A program made the translations under genes and the position numbers. DNA of 64,000 nt, taken from Candidatus Bathyarchaeota archaeon (GTDB taxonomy: Archaea > Thermoproteota > Bathyarchaeia > 40CM-2-53-6). Position 1 is the stretch's first letter. Every line of letters starts with the position of its first letter. Below the pieces are notes generated by a model, which searched no databases, was not told where the DNA came from, and worked only from the letters and a program-made list of their open reading frames with translations. The DNA lies in NCBI GenBank assembly GCA_963833125.1, contig CAWHWX010000004.1, positions 96,001 through 160,000 on the forward strand. Reading direction: 5' to 3'. This document shows, one piece after another, positions 41,431-51,783 of the stretch.

Positions 41431-41546
41431 TTCCTAAACGTTCCGCAAATCGAAATCATTTGTCTTGGGGTATTTCCATTTCACAAAAAGGAGCATCTAA
41501 GTCCGAGTCGCTTCTGTTGGAGCAGGTCCACGCGAATTTCAAAGTC

Positions 41547-42265
41547 TTAAGAGTTTAAGTCGTCATCGCCGAGGGGGGAACGCTTCTGGTAATAGGTATC
41601 GCCGCTGGGGTCGGGCATCTTCTTCAACAGACCGACACCGGAGAGCTTGTCGCAGGCCGCTTGAACTTGATCTTGGTCGAGTTTGGAACCGAGTTGTTTT
41701 TCGACATCTTCCTTGATCTCGAAGATGCCTTTCCTCTGCATGTCGGCCAGAACGCGGTAAACCTTGCCGTCGGGCGTATCTGCTGCTGGTGGTTTCGGAA
41801 GTTGGATAAGTTTCTGATCACCCGTCTTCAACCGTTCTATTACACTTGCCCAATCATTTAGATTCTTTCGCCTACTCCGTCCGCTCAACCGCTCAATGAA
41901 CACTTTACCTTTCTCGCTCGCTCCTCCCTGCCATTTGACTTCGAGACTCGGCTTCGTCACATGCCCCGCGTGGCCTTTGACAGAGGAAATTGATGATATT
42001 TCAATGAACAAATTATCGTCACTGGCGGGGATAGATGACTAGGTCTCCCACATCCGAGTATACCATATGCATTTTCCCAATACCTGTAGGGAGATCATCT
42101 TCCTTCTCATTGGTACAAACGAATAACAAGCGGCGATTGGTCAACAAGAGCGTACCTTCCAATTCACCGCCCAATTGTCCTTCCAACTCCTTCGCCGTAC
42201 CTGCTTGGCGCATTACAACGCCTTGCTCTTGGGCCAAGCATGACTTCGTCAGTTTCATCTCGCAA
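41547..42265 (-). CDS. GLUE/PH-like + winged-helix protein, Vps36-like (two single-base insertions)
   Basis: Repaired 238-aa ORF MRDETDEVMLAQEQGV...GTLLLTNRRLLF...FIEISSISSV...LDQDQVQAACDKL; TTTAAT box ~33 nt upstream. Confidence 0.6.
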
Positions 42266-42468
42266 TTTTGGAACCCAAGCCAAGAACCGATTCTTGGCAT
42301 TAAAGGGTAACCGTTTGCGCCCAACAAAAACCTGAAGCGATCATGGTTGGACAAACTAACAGGAGCGAAATTGAGGTTCTAGGGCAGGACCGAGGACCAC
42401 GCTATCTTAAGCGAAGAGCCGAAATTTTCGTATCGGCTTACGGTCGGTAGTGAACCTTGGAACTGGTC

Positions 42469-43164
42469 TTAAGCGGTCTGAATGTAGGGTGGTATCGACC
42501 ACATTGGGATTCCCACGCAGAGGGTTTTCTGGAATGGGTATGGCGGGAATGGTTGGGTTTGCGGCCAGTTAGGGTAAACAAACCCGTACACTTGGACAGC
42601 TTGGTTCTGGTAGTTGGAAATTGTTGTCTGATTCAGGTTCCATACTACGTAGGTTAATCCCGTCGCAACGTACAGATCCACACAGGATGAATCGCTAGTC
42701 AAATATCCTGTAACGGTGACTGGGGGACCTTCGTTGCAGACGGTTGGGTTGAACGGGTAGCCGCAATACTGTTGATTAAACCAAGTAGGCGGTGGCCCTG
42801 AGGCTAACGTTGTGAATGACGCTACCGTATACGTGTAGGCTTGAGTGGTTGTGGTGATTGAAGTGAAACCGGCGCTAACGGTTGTAAACTGCATCTGAGT
42901 TACGTAATTCGTTGCGTAATTCGTTTGGGTTTGGGTCACAGTCCCAGCTGGGCCGCGAATAGCTAGCCCGGCTACTAGAAATCCCATTATAGCGAGCGCG
43001 ATAATGACGATGTAGAAAACCTCCTTCGACAATGTCAACGGCTGCTTAGATCCGTTTGGCGGCCTTGATTCAACCCGGTTGCATCTCGAGGCTCCACACT
43101 CGTGGCAGAATATCGCTTGATCGCTTAGTTCAGTTCCACAGTTTCGGCAATTCTTCAATTGCAA
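42469..43164 (-). CDS. Zinc-ribbon / TM / Thr-rich linker / Cys-containing extracellular module protein
   Basis: CRNCG...FCHECG, one TM helix, Thr-rich stalk, C-terminal GYL..C.L..Y..NL module. Confidence 0.75.
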   Translation of the reverse strand: MQLKNCRNCGTELSDQAIFCHECGASRCNRVESRPPNGSKQPLTLSKEVFYIVIIALAIMGFLVAGLAIRGPAGTVTQTQTNYATNYVTQMQFTTVSAGFTSITTTTQAYTYTVASFTTLASGPPPTWFNQQYCGYPFNPTVCNEGPPVTVTGYLTSDSSCVDLYVATGLTYVVWNLNQTTISNYQNQAVQVYGFVYPNWPQTQPFPPYPFQKTLCVGIPMWSIPPYIQTA

Positions 43165-43233
43165 TTCCCCGGTTCGGGTCCATTGTTACTTTTGAGGGAT
43201 GAGCTTGATGCGAAACTCCTCGACGTTGCCAGC

Positions 43234-43623
43234 TCAACTTATCTTATCAGGTTGAATTCTGATAATGACTCTTTTCTCTGTTGGCGAGGAGCGTTGATAC
43301 TTCTTCGCTCCGGTGTACTTGTTGGTGAGTTTGTCTATGTGCTCTTCTGCGCCGTCGAAACTCTGTGAGACCACGCGGCCCTGTATTACCACTCTGTCGT
43401 ACATGTTATTCTGGTCCGCGACGGAAATGGAAACTCGTGGATCCTTCGCCGTATTCTTTTGTTTGACACGACCCATCTCAGTGTTAACGAGAACCAAGTC
43501 TCCGTCATGGTCTACCCAAACTGGAGCAACGTGAGGTGTTCCGTCAGGTAGAAGGGTGGCAAGAAAGGCGAAATTCTTCGCCTCGATTAGTCTGACGGCT
43601 TTCTCGTTGAGTTTGGCGGGCAT
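43234..43623 (-). CDS. PPOX-class F420-dependent oxidoreductase
   Basis: ATLLPDGTPHVAPVW, GRVK.KN..KDPRV, KLTNKY. Confidence 0.9.
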   Translation of the reverse strand: MPAKLNEKAVRLIEAKNFAFLATLLPDGTPHVAPVWVDHDGDLVLVNTEMGRVKQKNTAKDPRVSISVADQNNMYDRVVIQGRVVSQSFDGAEEHIDKLTNKYTGAKKYQRSSPTEKRVIIRIQPDKIS

Positions 43624-43654
43624 TGCGCCACCAAAACTAGTGTGGGTTGTTGGT

Positions 43655-45319
43655 CTACATCATGCCCGGTGGCATTCCGCCCATGCCGCCCATGCCGCCT
43701 GGCATTCCTCCCGGCATTCCACCACCGGGTGGACCTTCCCTTCCTTTCGAGGAAACTACGTCGTCGATTCTGAGGAGCATGCTTGCCGCTTCTGTTGCTG
43801 ACTTAATGACTTGCTGCTTCACTCTAAGGGGTTCGATAATATTATCCGCGAACATGTCGGCTATCTTGCCGGTCTTGACTTGAACGCCGTACCACTTGTT
43901 TCCGGGTTCCGCATGTTTCGATCTTAACGCAACCATGATGTCGATGGGGTCCAAACCAGCGTTCTCGGCGATGGTTAATGGTATAGTTTCCAAGGCCTCA
44001 GCGTAGGCTTCAATCGCCAACTGCTCGCGGCCACCAACTTTCACGGCGTAGTCGCGCAGTTGTTTTGCGGTCTCAGCCTCTGGGGCACCGCCCCCAGCAA
44101 CTATTTTCTGATCTTCAACGGCGTTTCTGACCACGCAGAGTGCGTCGTGGAATGATCGTTCTGCTTCATCCACCACGTGATCCGACCCACCGCGAATGAC
44201 AACCGTGACAGCTCGCGGGTCTTTGCAGTCGCGAACGTAGACGAGCTTGTCATCCCCAATCTTCACTTCCTCCACGAGTTTCGCCTCTCCCAGGGAGTCC
44301 GCACTGATATCCTTGGTACTCGCTAGGATCGCTCCTCCTGTGGCTTTCGCTAACTTCTCCATGTCGCTGCTGCTGGCGTTCTTGATGGCCATGATGTTCT
44401 TCTTTGATAGAAAGTGTAGTGCAAGGTCGTCGATTCCTTTCTCGCAGAAAATCACATTGGCCCCACTCTTCACTACTTTGTCTGTCATCTCTCTAAGCAT
44501 CGATTCCTCTTCGTCGAGGAAGAGTTTCATTTGGTCTGGAGAGTTTATGTTGATTTTCGCGTCGAATTCAGTTTTTTCGATTTCAAGTTTGGCATTAAGC
44601 AGAGCGATTCTCGCGTTCTTGACCTGCTTCGGCATTTGAGGATGAGAAACCTCCTTGTCGACTACAATGCCTCTAACCAATTCGCTCTCATCCATGCTCT
44701 CTCCTTTCTTCTTGACAACCTTAATTCTGTCAATGTCAGCAGTAACTTTTCCTCCCCGCTCTTCAGAGATTTGGCTAACCGCCTCAGTTGCCAACGTGGC
44801 AAGATGGTCACTAGTACCCACCGTAGCCTTTGTTGCCATCGAGGTTATGGCAATGAGTTTGAGCATCTTCATGTCACCTGGTTGGATGGGGACTGAGAGG
44901 CTTTCTAGAATTTCCAGTGCCTTCTCAGAAGCTTTCTTGTATCCTTCAACTATGACGGTGGGATGAACCTCTTGGTCCAGGAGCTTCTCAGCCTTGGACA
45001 GTAATTCGCCGGTAAGAACAACGGCTGTGGTTGTGCCGTCGCCAACCTCGTTATCTTGGCTTTTAGCGACCTCAACCAACATCTTGGCTGCGGGGTGTTG
45101 AACGTCCAACTCCTTCATGATCGTAGCGCCATCGTTCGTAATCACCACATCACCCATGCCGGATACGAGCATCTTATCCATACCTTCAGGGCCGAGTGTG
45201 GTGCGAATGGTTTCGGTTACCACCTTTGCGGCCAGAATGTTGTTACGCTGTGCGTCTCGACCGCGGGTCCTGGTAGAACCTTCCTTCAGAATAAGGATAG
45301 GAATATTGCCTTCTGACAT
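43655..45319 (-). CDS. ths: Thermosome (group II chaperonin) subunit
   Basis: [32 protein letters not shown] tail. Confidence 0.98.
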   Translation of the reverse strand: MSEGNIPILILKEGSTRTRGRDAQRNNILAAKVVTETIRTTLGPEGMDKMLVSGMGDVVITNDGATIMKELDVQHPAAKMLVEVAKSQDNEVGDGTTTAVVLTGELLSKAEKLLDQEVHPTVIVEGYKKASEKALEILESLSVPIQPGDMKMLKLIAITSMATKATVGTSDHLATLATEAVSQISEERGGKVTADIDRIKVVKKKGESMDESELVRGIVVDKEVSHPQMPKQVKNARIALLNAKLEIEKTEFDAKININSPDQMKLFLDEEESMLREMTDKVVKSGANVIFCEKGIDDLALHFLSKKNIMAIKNASSSDMEKLAKATGGAILASTKDISADSLGEAKLVEEVKIGDDKLVYVRDCKDPRAVTVVIRGGSDHVVDEAERSFHDALCVVRNAVEDQKIVAGGGAPEAETAKQLRDYAVKVGGREQLAIEAYAEALETIPLTIAENAGLDPIDIMVALRSKHAEPGNKWYGVQVKTGKIADMFADNIIEPLRVKQQVIKSATEAASMLLRIDDVVSSKGREGPPGGGMPGGMPGGMGGMGGMPPGMM

Positions 45320-45482
45320 TTCAGTAATCTCACGCGATTGCTAGCGAAGCGTAATAGATAAGCCCTTTCTCGCCCTGGGAGACACAGGTACAGTTCTTCA
45401 CAGAACCAATGCGCCGGAAAGACTTTAACTCTGAAAGAAGTCGTTGTCCAACGGATTTTCGAATCCATCAACGTGAACACCG

Positions 45483-45959
45483 ATGGCCAACTTAGAAGCG
45501 GGAAAGAGAAGGACCGTGAGCATGAAGACCATTCTAATCATGTTAATCGTTGTACTATCCGTGATAGCCTCAGGATACGCAATGGTAACAGTTAGCAGGA
45601 CCTTCGAAATTCGTCCTTCCGATTTCGTTACGATACCTGCAGAAAACGTCTCCAAGACTGGGCAAGTGGTAGTCCTTGACTCGGTAGCCACCGTTATGCA
45701 GGGAAGCGTCGCAATGGGAGTCAACGGGTACTTGGAGACCTCCTCCGGGCAGCCTGTAGCGGGAGCGAACGTATACGTGCAATATTATTTGGAAGGGTCA
45801 TACCGAACTCAGGTAGGAACCACCGACCAGAACGGTTACTTTGAGATACACTTCCCAATGAATTGGACCGGATGGCTTCCAGTGACGATGATCTACCTCG
45901 GCGACGCCCAACACCAAGGACTACGTCAGATTGTCAGCCTAACTGGAGAACCCCTCTAA
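45483..45959 (+). CDS. Membrane-anchored Ig-like fold protein
   Basis: N-terminal TM; GYL....G.PV.GA.V...TDQNGYF beta-sandwich pattern. Confidence 0.7.
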   Translation: MANLEAGKRRTVSMKTILIMLIVVLSVIASGYAMVTVSRTFEIRPSDFVTIPAENVSKTGQVVVLDSVATVMQGSVAMGVNGYLETSSGQPVAGANVYVQYYLEGSYRTQVGTTDQNGYFEIHFPMNWTGWLPVTMIYLGDAQHQGLRQIVSLTGEPL

Positions 45960-45973
45960 GTCTTCAATAGTGG

Positions 45974-46696
45974 TTGTATGAATTGCCTGCGCAGCAGGCC
46001 TCTTTCCGAACACTCTCAAGACTCAACAGGGAGGTGGTTAGCTGCGAACTCTGCCCAAGGCTTTCACGTTACCGTGATTCGGTCGCTAGGACAAAGCGAA
46101 GGCAGTACATGGATTGGACTTACTGGGGTAAGCCATTAACCGGGTTTGGGGATTCAAAAGGGAAACTGCTAATTCTCGGCCTTGCGCCGGCTGCACACGG
46201 CGGCAACAGAACTGGTAGAATGTTTACCGGTGACGGCTCGGCGCAATTCCTGATGCCTGCGCTATACGATTTCGGCTTCGCCAATCAGCCTACATCGGTC
46301 AGTAGGAACGATGGCTTGAAGCTAATAGACGCCTACATGACCGCGATCGTCAGGTGCCCACCCCCAAAGAACAAGCCCAGCTTGAAGGAGATTCAGACTT
46401 GCAAACACTACTGGACCGAGGAACTCCGCTTCCTCCCAAACATCCAAGTCGTTCTCGCACTCGGGAAAGTTGCATTCGAGACCTATGTTAAGTTCCTAAA
46501 GGAGAATGCCGTTGACACTAAGAACTTCAAGTTCTACCACGGAGCGTTTTACAAATCTCCGTCTCCACACCCAGCACTAGCCGTGTCCTATCACCCAAGT
46601 CGACAAAATACACAAACCGGCAAATTGACAAAACCGATGTTCGGCGCGGTTCTCAGAAAGATTCAGCAGTTAATTGAATCACAGAATCCGCATTGA
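45974..46696 (+). CDS. Uracil-DNA glycosylase family 5 (UdgB-like, Fe-S)
   Basis: CELCPRL, GLAPAAHGGNRTGRMFTGD, CPPP.NKP, YHPSRQN. Confidence 0.92.
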   Translation: MYELPAQQASFRTLSRLNREVVSCELCPRLSRYRDSVARTKRRQYMDWTYWGKPLTGFGDSKGKLLILGLAPAAHGGNRTGRMFTGDGSAQFLMPALYDFGFANQPTSVSRNDGLKLIDAYMTAIVRCPPPKNKPSLKEIQTCKHYWTEELRFLPNIQVVLALGKVAFETYVKFLKENAVDTKNFKFYHGAFYKSPSPHPALAVSYHPSRQNTQTGKLTKPMFGAVLRKIQQLIESQNPH

Positions 46697-46697
46697 C

Positions 46698-47519
46698 TTA
46701 TTTCGGCGCCGTCTTGGTCTCTTTCTTAAGCTCCTGAGCTAGACCCTTCAACTTCGAAGCTGCCCGAGGCATATTTCGAGCATTCGCTTCAATCAAGCTT
46801 ACAAAAGCGCTCCCCACTATCACTCCATCTGCTCCAGCCTCAACGAGCCTTTTGACATGGCTGGGCTTCGAGATTCCGAAACCCACAGCAAGCGGAATTG
46901 AACCGCCAATCATGGAACTGTATCTCCTAACTAGATCAACTGCGTCATCGGAGATATTGGCTCTGACACCAGTCACACCGTAAAGTGAGATTAGGTAGAG
47001 GTAGCCTGAAGTTTGATCCAGAATCCTCTTGAGCCTCGACGGATCAGTTGAAGGTGACGCGAGGAAGATAGTATCAACACCGGCTACTGAGCACTGCTTC
47101 TTGTAATCAGCTGACTCCTCCACGGGGAGGTCGGGCACTATTATCCCAGAGATTCCCGCATCCTTTGACTGGGCCAGAAATTTATCCACTCCGACCCTAA
47201 AGATTGGGTTGAAGTACGTCATTAGAACGAGCGGAGTATCACGGTGTTGTTTTCTTATCGCTTTAGCGACATCGAGCGCATCTAAGGGCTTGGCTCCACC
47301 CCTAAGCGAGCGTGTAACTGCCCCTTGTATCGTCGGCCCATCGGCGATCGGATCCGAGAACGGAATCCCAAGTTCAACTATGTCCGCGCCACCTTCGATT
47401 AGGGCCGCTGCGAGTTTTGGTGTGTGTTTTAGTTGTGGATCTCCGACGGTTAGATAAGCGATTAGAGCGGCTTCGTGTCTTTCCTTTAGTTCCACGAATG
47501 TTTCTGAGATGCTAGTCAT
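46698..47519 (-). CDS. trpA: Tryptophan synthase alpha
   Basis: [30 protein letters not shown]. Confidence 0.97.
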   Translation of the reverse strand: MTSISETFVELKERHEAALIAYLTVGDPQLKHTPKLAAALIEGGADIVELGIPFSDPIADGPTIQGAVTRSLRGGAKPLDALDVAKAIRKQHRDTPLVLMTYFNPIFRVGVDKFLAQSKDAGISGIIVPDLPVEESADYKKQCSVAGVDTIFLASPSTDPSRLKRILDQTSGYLYLISLYGVTGVRANISDDAVDLVRRYSSMIGGSIPLAVGFGISKPSHVKRLVEAGADGVIVGSAFVSLIEANARNMPRAASKLKGLAQELKKETKTAPK

Positions 47520-48716
47520 ATCTTCACGCCTAACTTCTGGGCGACAACGTTAACGTCCTTATCGCCTCGTCCCGAGAGATTAATCACCACAATCTGGTCC
47601 TTAGCCATTCTCGATGCTAAAGCGACTGCATAGTGGATAGCGTGCGCTGGTTCCAGGGCAGGGATGATGCCCTCCACTTTGCTCAACTCCATGAACGCTT
47701 CCAATGCTTGCTCGTCAGTTACCGACGTGTACGTCGCCCGGCCAGTGGCTTTCAGGTAGGCATGTTCAGGACCGACGCCTGGATAATCTAAACCGGCTGA
47801 GATGCTATGAGTTGGCTGAATTTGTCCGTCATGCGTCTTGAAGAACATAAGTCAACATCCCATGGAAGACTCCCTCTTCACCCGCGCATAGAGTTGCAGC
47901 ATGTTTCCCGGTTTCGAGTCCCATTCCACCTGCCTCAACACCAAAAAGCTTCACCTCTTTGTCATCGATGAAAGGGTAGAACGCTCCCATCGAGTTGCTT
48001 CCTCCTCCAACACATGCCACGACGGCGTCTGGCAGGCGTCCTTCAAGACGAAGCATTTGCTCCTTAATCTCGCGACCTATTATGCTCTGGAAGTCTCTGA
48101 CTATCGTTGGATAGGGGTGAGGGCCGACCACTGAGCCGAGGAGATAGTATGTATTTTCGACGTTTGCGACCCAGTCTCTGAAGGATTCGTTGATGGCATC
48201 TTTGAGGGTTTTCGAGCCCGAGCGAACTTGGTGTACTTTGGCGCCCAGTAAGTTCATTCGAAATACGTTCAGTTTCTGTCGTTCAACATCCTCTGAACCC
48301 ATGTAGACTTCGCATTTCAAACCGAGCGCTGCGCACGCGATGGCGCTCGCGACGCCATGCTGCCCGGCACCTGTTTCGGCGATTATTCTTTCCTTGCCCA
48401 TATTCTTGGCGAGGAGGGCTTGGCCTATGGTGTTGTTGATTTTGTGAGCTCCGCCGTGAGCTAGGTCTTCGCGTTTGATGTAGATTTTTGCCCCATTCGC
48501 CTTCCGAGTTAAGTTGGCTGCGTAATAGAGCGGTGTCGGTCGGCCAACGAACTCTCTCAGATAAAACCCGAGTTGAGCTTTGAAATCTGGATCGTCCTTT
48601 AATCGTGAGTATCCTCGCTCTAAATCGAGGAGCGCAGTCATCAACGTCTCAGGTACGTAGCGGCCACCATACTTCCCAAATTTTCCGTCGACAGGCTGCG
48701 AATATTGTTCGCTCAA
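47516..48716 (-). CDS. trpB: Tryptophan synthase beta, TrpB1 (frameshift near 47837)
   Basis: [38 protein letters not shown]. Confidence 0.95.
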
Positions 48717-49358
48717 GCTAACGTCTCCTTCGCGTTCATGATAAATTCCCTAATCTTGCCGTGATCTTTTATCCCGACCCTCTTTTCAACACCACTGGAA
48801 ACGTCTACCGCGAAAGGTCTCACAGTCTCGATGGCGGTTTTGACATTGTTTGGAGTTAAGCCTCCTGCTAAGATCAGCGGATGCGGATGGATTGCGTTCC
48901 TAATTCGGGCCGTGAGTCTCCAGTCGTGGGTTCTGCCCGTGCCTCCCAACCCTGTCGAGCTAGGAGAGTCCGCAAGAACGGCGTCCAGCGTAATTCGACA
49001 TACGTCTGGCTTGCCCCAGTGATAATATGTCCCGTACCCCAGTCGCTAAGATGAGGCCAGTAGCCGGTTGTTTCTTCCTAAGCATATGCACAAGTGCGGG
49101 TGTGTGATAATGAAGCTGTAGAATGTCGGGCTTCAGTTTAGAGCATATTACAGCGATTCTCTTCGGGTCGTGAGCGGACGTGACCGCCACTTTCGTCGAA
49201 AAAACTCGGACTGCCTTCATCAATTTTTGCGCTTTGGTTAACGGTAAGTTTCGCGGCGATGAAGGACTCTCAACCACGAAGCCCACTGCGTCCGCGCCCT
49301 CATTCAAGGCGGCGCTCACATCGCTGAGCCGCATCATTCCACAAATCTTAACCCGCAT
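48713..49358 (-). CDS. trpF: Phosphoribosylanthranilate isomerase (frameshift near 48987)
   Basis: VKICG, SPR, LQLH, GGTG..HDW, LAGGL, DVSSGVE. Confidence 0.93.
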
Positions 49359-49367
49359 GATTGTTCC

Positions 49368-50144
49368 CTAAGCGAGTACGAACTCGCGTACCTTTCGTTC
49401 CAAATCCTCCGAAAGCATTATCGACGATCCTATTAGAAACCCATCGACTCTCGCCGTCTTCACTTTACGTATGTCCTCGGCTGATTCGAAGCCGCTTTCG
49501 CTGATCAGAACCTTATCAGTATCCCGGTCTGTCGCAGTCATTAGCTGTGCAGTTGTATCAAGGTCGGTTTCAAGCGTCGAAAGGTTTCTGTTGTTAAAGC
49601 CCACTATGTCGGCATCACTGTTCAGCGCCTGCCGTAACTCCTTTGCGTCGTGAATTTCAAGGACCACTTCAAGTTGAAAATCATGTGCGCAGCGAATCAT
49701 TCGGTTCAACGAGGCGATGGGATAGTTGGAGAAAGCCGACTCGATGAGCAAGATACTATCTGCGCCGGCTTTCCTGCCAGCCTCAATCTGTTTTTCGTGA
49801 ATGACTATGTCCTTCATGAGAAGAGGCAATTGAACATGTTTTCGGACTTGGCGAAGATTTTCCAAGCTACCGCCGAAATTGTCTGGTTCCGTCAATACCG
49901 AAAGGGCTATTGCGCCACCGGCTTCGAGCTGTTTTGCTGCTCTAATGGGATCAATGTCGGGGCGCAATGGTCCGCACGCTGGCGAAACGGGTTTGATCTC
50001 AGCTATGATCGCGTTTCTCTGGGCGGATTTTACCGCGCGTTTGAGGCTGACCTGTTGATGGAAAATTGCTTCGTCGATATCGTAGTAGCCGTCCTGGACT
50101 CTCTTCTTGGCGTCCTGGATGAGTTTGGCTAAGAAGTCAGGCAT
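49368..50144 (-). CDS. trpC: Indole-3-glycerol phosphate synthase
   Basis: IAEIKPVSP, SVLTE, MKD, NNRNL, ISESG. Confidence 0.95.
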   Translation of the reverse strand: MPDFLAKLIQDAKKRVQDGYYDIDEAIFHQQVSLKRAVKSAQRNAIIAEIKPVSPACGPLRPDIDPIRAAKQLEAGGAIALSVLTEPDNFGGSLENLRQVRKHVQLPLLMKDIVIHEKQIEAGRKAGADSILLIESAFSNYPIASLNRMIRCAHDFQLEVVLEIHDAKELRQALNSDADIVGFNNRNLSTLETDLDTTAQLMTATDRDTDKVLISESGFESAEDIRKVKTARVDGFLIGSSIMLSEDLERKVREFVLA

Positions 50145-51204
50145 TTTGGGATTCAATCCTTTCTAGCTTGGATTCGTCGCCGCTGGTGAATTCAATCAGT
50201 CCCTTCAGCTTCTCATACGCGCGTCCACTGTTAATTGACTGGCGGGCCAATTCAATTCCTGTAGCCAGGTCTTTCGTTTTTCCGCCGACCAAGATCGCGG
50301 CTGCGGCGTTGGCAAGCACCATTTCAAGCCGACTCGAGTTCTTTTCTTCCCTGCCATTTAGGATCTTGATCATTAGCCTGGCGCTTTGATCAACGTCAAA
50401 TCCAGATATTTCATTAGGTTTTACCTGTCTCAAGTTCAGGTCTTGGGGCGTAATCTCCTTCGTCACTATCTCTCCATCCTTGACCCATGCGAGCTTTGTC
50501 TTTCCTATAGTTGAAATCTCATCAAGTCCATCCATCCCGTGAACGATTAACGCTTCTTCTGTCCCAAGTTTCTGCAATACCTTCGCAAGTGGCTCGATGA
50601 GATTTGGGTCATATACGCCTAGGACCTGAGCGTTAGCGTTAGCAGGGTTCGTCAAGGGTCCGAGGATGTTGAAGACGGTCCTTATGCCGATTTCTCGACG
50701 TGGGACGACTGCGTTCTTCATTGCTGGATGGAACACGGGAGCGAACATGAATCCGATTCCGACTTGCTCAATCGCACTCTGCACGACGGTGGGTGGCGCG
50801 TTCAAGTTGACCCCAACGGCTTCGAGAACATCTGCGCTGCCGCATTTGCTCGTTACTGAGCGGTTACCATGTTTCGCGATTGCGATCCCAGAACCGGCTG
50901 CCACCAGCGCCGATGTGGTGCTGACATTGAATGTCTTGATTTGATCGCCGCCTGTGCCGCAGGTATCTACCATTCTGCCATTGACATGAGGAGTTATTCT
51001 CACGGCGTTCTCGCGCATAACCAAAGCGAGCGCCGTTATCTCTTCAACAGTTTCTCCCTTCATCCGAAGAGAAGTTAGAAATGCACCGACTTGAGCGGGT
51101 GTTGCCTCTCCATCCATTATCTCTCGCATCGATTGCTGGGCTACTTCGAAGGATAGCTCTTTGCGGTCGACGAGGGTGTAGATGGCTTCCTTGATCATTC
51201 TCAC
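50137..51204 (-). CDS. trpD: Anthranilate phosphoribosyltransferase
   Basis: DTCGTGGD, KHGNRS, GSADVLE, FNILGPL. Confidence 0.97.
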   Translation of the reverse strand: MRMIKEAIYTLVDRKELSFEVAQQSMREIMDGEATPAQVGAFLTSLRMKGETVEEITALALVMRENAVRITPHVNGRMVDTCGTGGDQIKTFNVSTTSALVAAGSGIAIAKHGNRSVTSKCGSADVLEAVGVNLNAPPTVVQSAIEQVGIGFMFAPVFHPAMKNAVVPRREIGIRTVFNILGPLTNPANANAQVLGVYDPNLIEPLAKVLQKLGTEEALIVHGMDGLDEISTIGKTKLAWVKDGEIVTKEITPQDLNLRQVKPNEISGFDVDQSARLMIKILNGREEKNSSRLEMVLANAAAAILVGGKTKDLATGIELARQSINSGRAYEKLKGLIEFTSGDESKLERIESQNA

Positions 51205-51782
51205 GGACCGTCCAAGAAATTCTTCAATATCTTGATGCCCTCGGAGGTGAGTATGGATTCTGGGTGAAATTGGACTCCGTATATGGGATATTTCCGGTGA
51301 CGCAACGCCATGATTTCATTGTCGTCCATCGAAGTGGCTGTTTCCTCCAAGCATTCTGGGAAATCGCGTCTTCGACAGACTAACGAATGGTATCTTGTGG
51401 CGGTAAGCGGGTTCTCTACACCCTTGAATATGCCATCATTCTCATGCTGAATCAGGCTTGTCTTACCGTGCATTAAACGTCTAGCCGATTCGATCTTCCC
51501 TCCAAAGGCATAGGCGATACCTTGATGGCCAAGGCAGACACCCAAGGTTGGCGTATGTGGGCTAATTTTCCTAAGTACGTTTAGGCAAACGCCGAAATAT
51601 TTGCTGTCGTCTGGTCGACCAGGTCCAGGCGAGATGATGATGCGGTCTGGGTTCATGTCTCTGACTTCGCTGTTCGTGATTGCGTTGTTTCTACGCACCA
51701 CCGGTTCCGCTCCGAGTTGTCCCACATACTGAGCAAGATTGTAAACGAACGAGTCGAAATTGTCAATGATTAGAACTTTCAT
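51201..51782 (-). CDS. trpG: Anthranilate synthase component II
   Basis: DNFDSF, SPGPG, GVCLGHQ, RYHSL, QFHPES. Confidence 0.97.
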   Translation of the reverse strand: MKVLIIDNFDSFVYNLAQYVGQLGAEPVVRRNNAITNSEVRDMNPDRIIISPGPGRPDDSKYFGVCLNVLRKISPHTPTLGVCLGHQGIAYAFGGKIESARRLMHGKTSLIQHENDGIFKGVENPLTATRYHSLVCRRRDFPECLEETATSMDDNEIMALRHRKYPIYGVQFHPESILTSEGIKILKNFLDGP

Positions 51783-51783
51783 T

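Noticed and set aside
43655-43735. GGM tandem repeat
   Set aside because: Ordinary chaperonin C-terminal tail
47829-47848. TGA read-through (selenocysteine) in trpB, and similarly in the VOC gene
   Set aside because: Conserved sequence continues in a different frame, so these are indels rather than recoded stops
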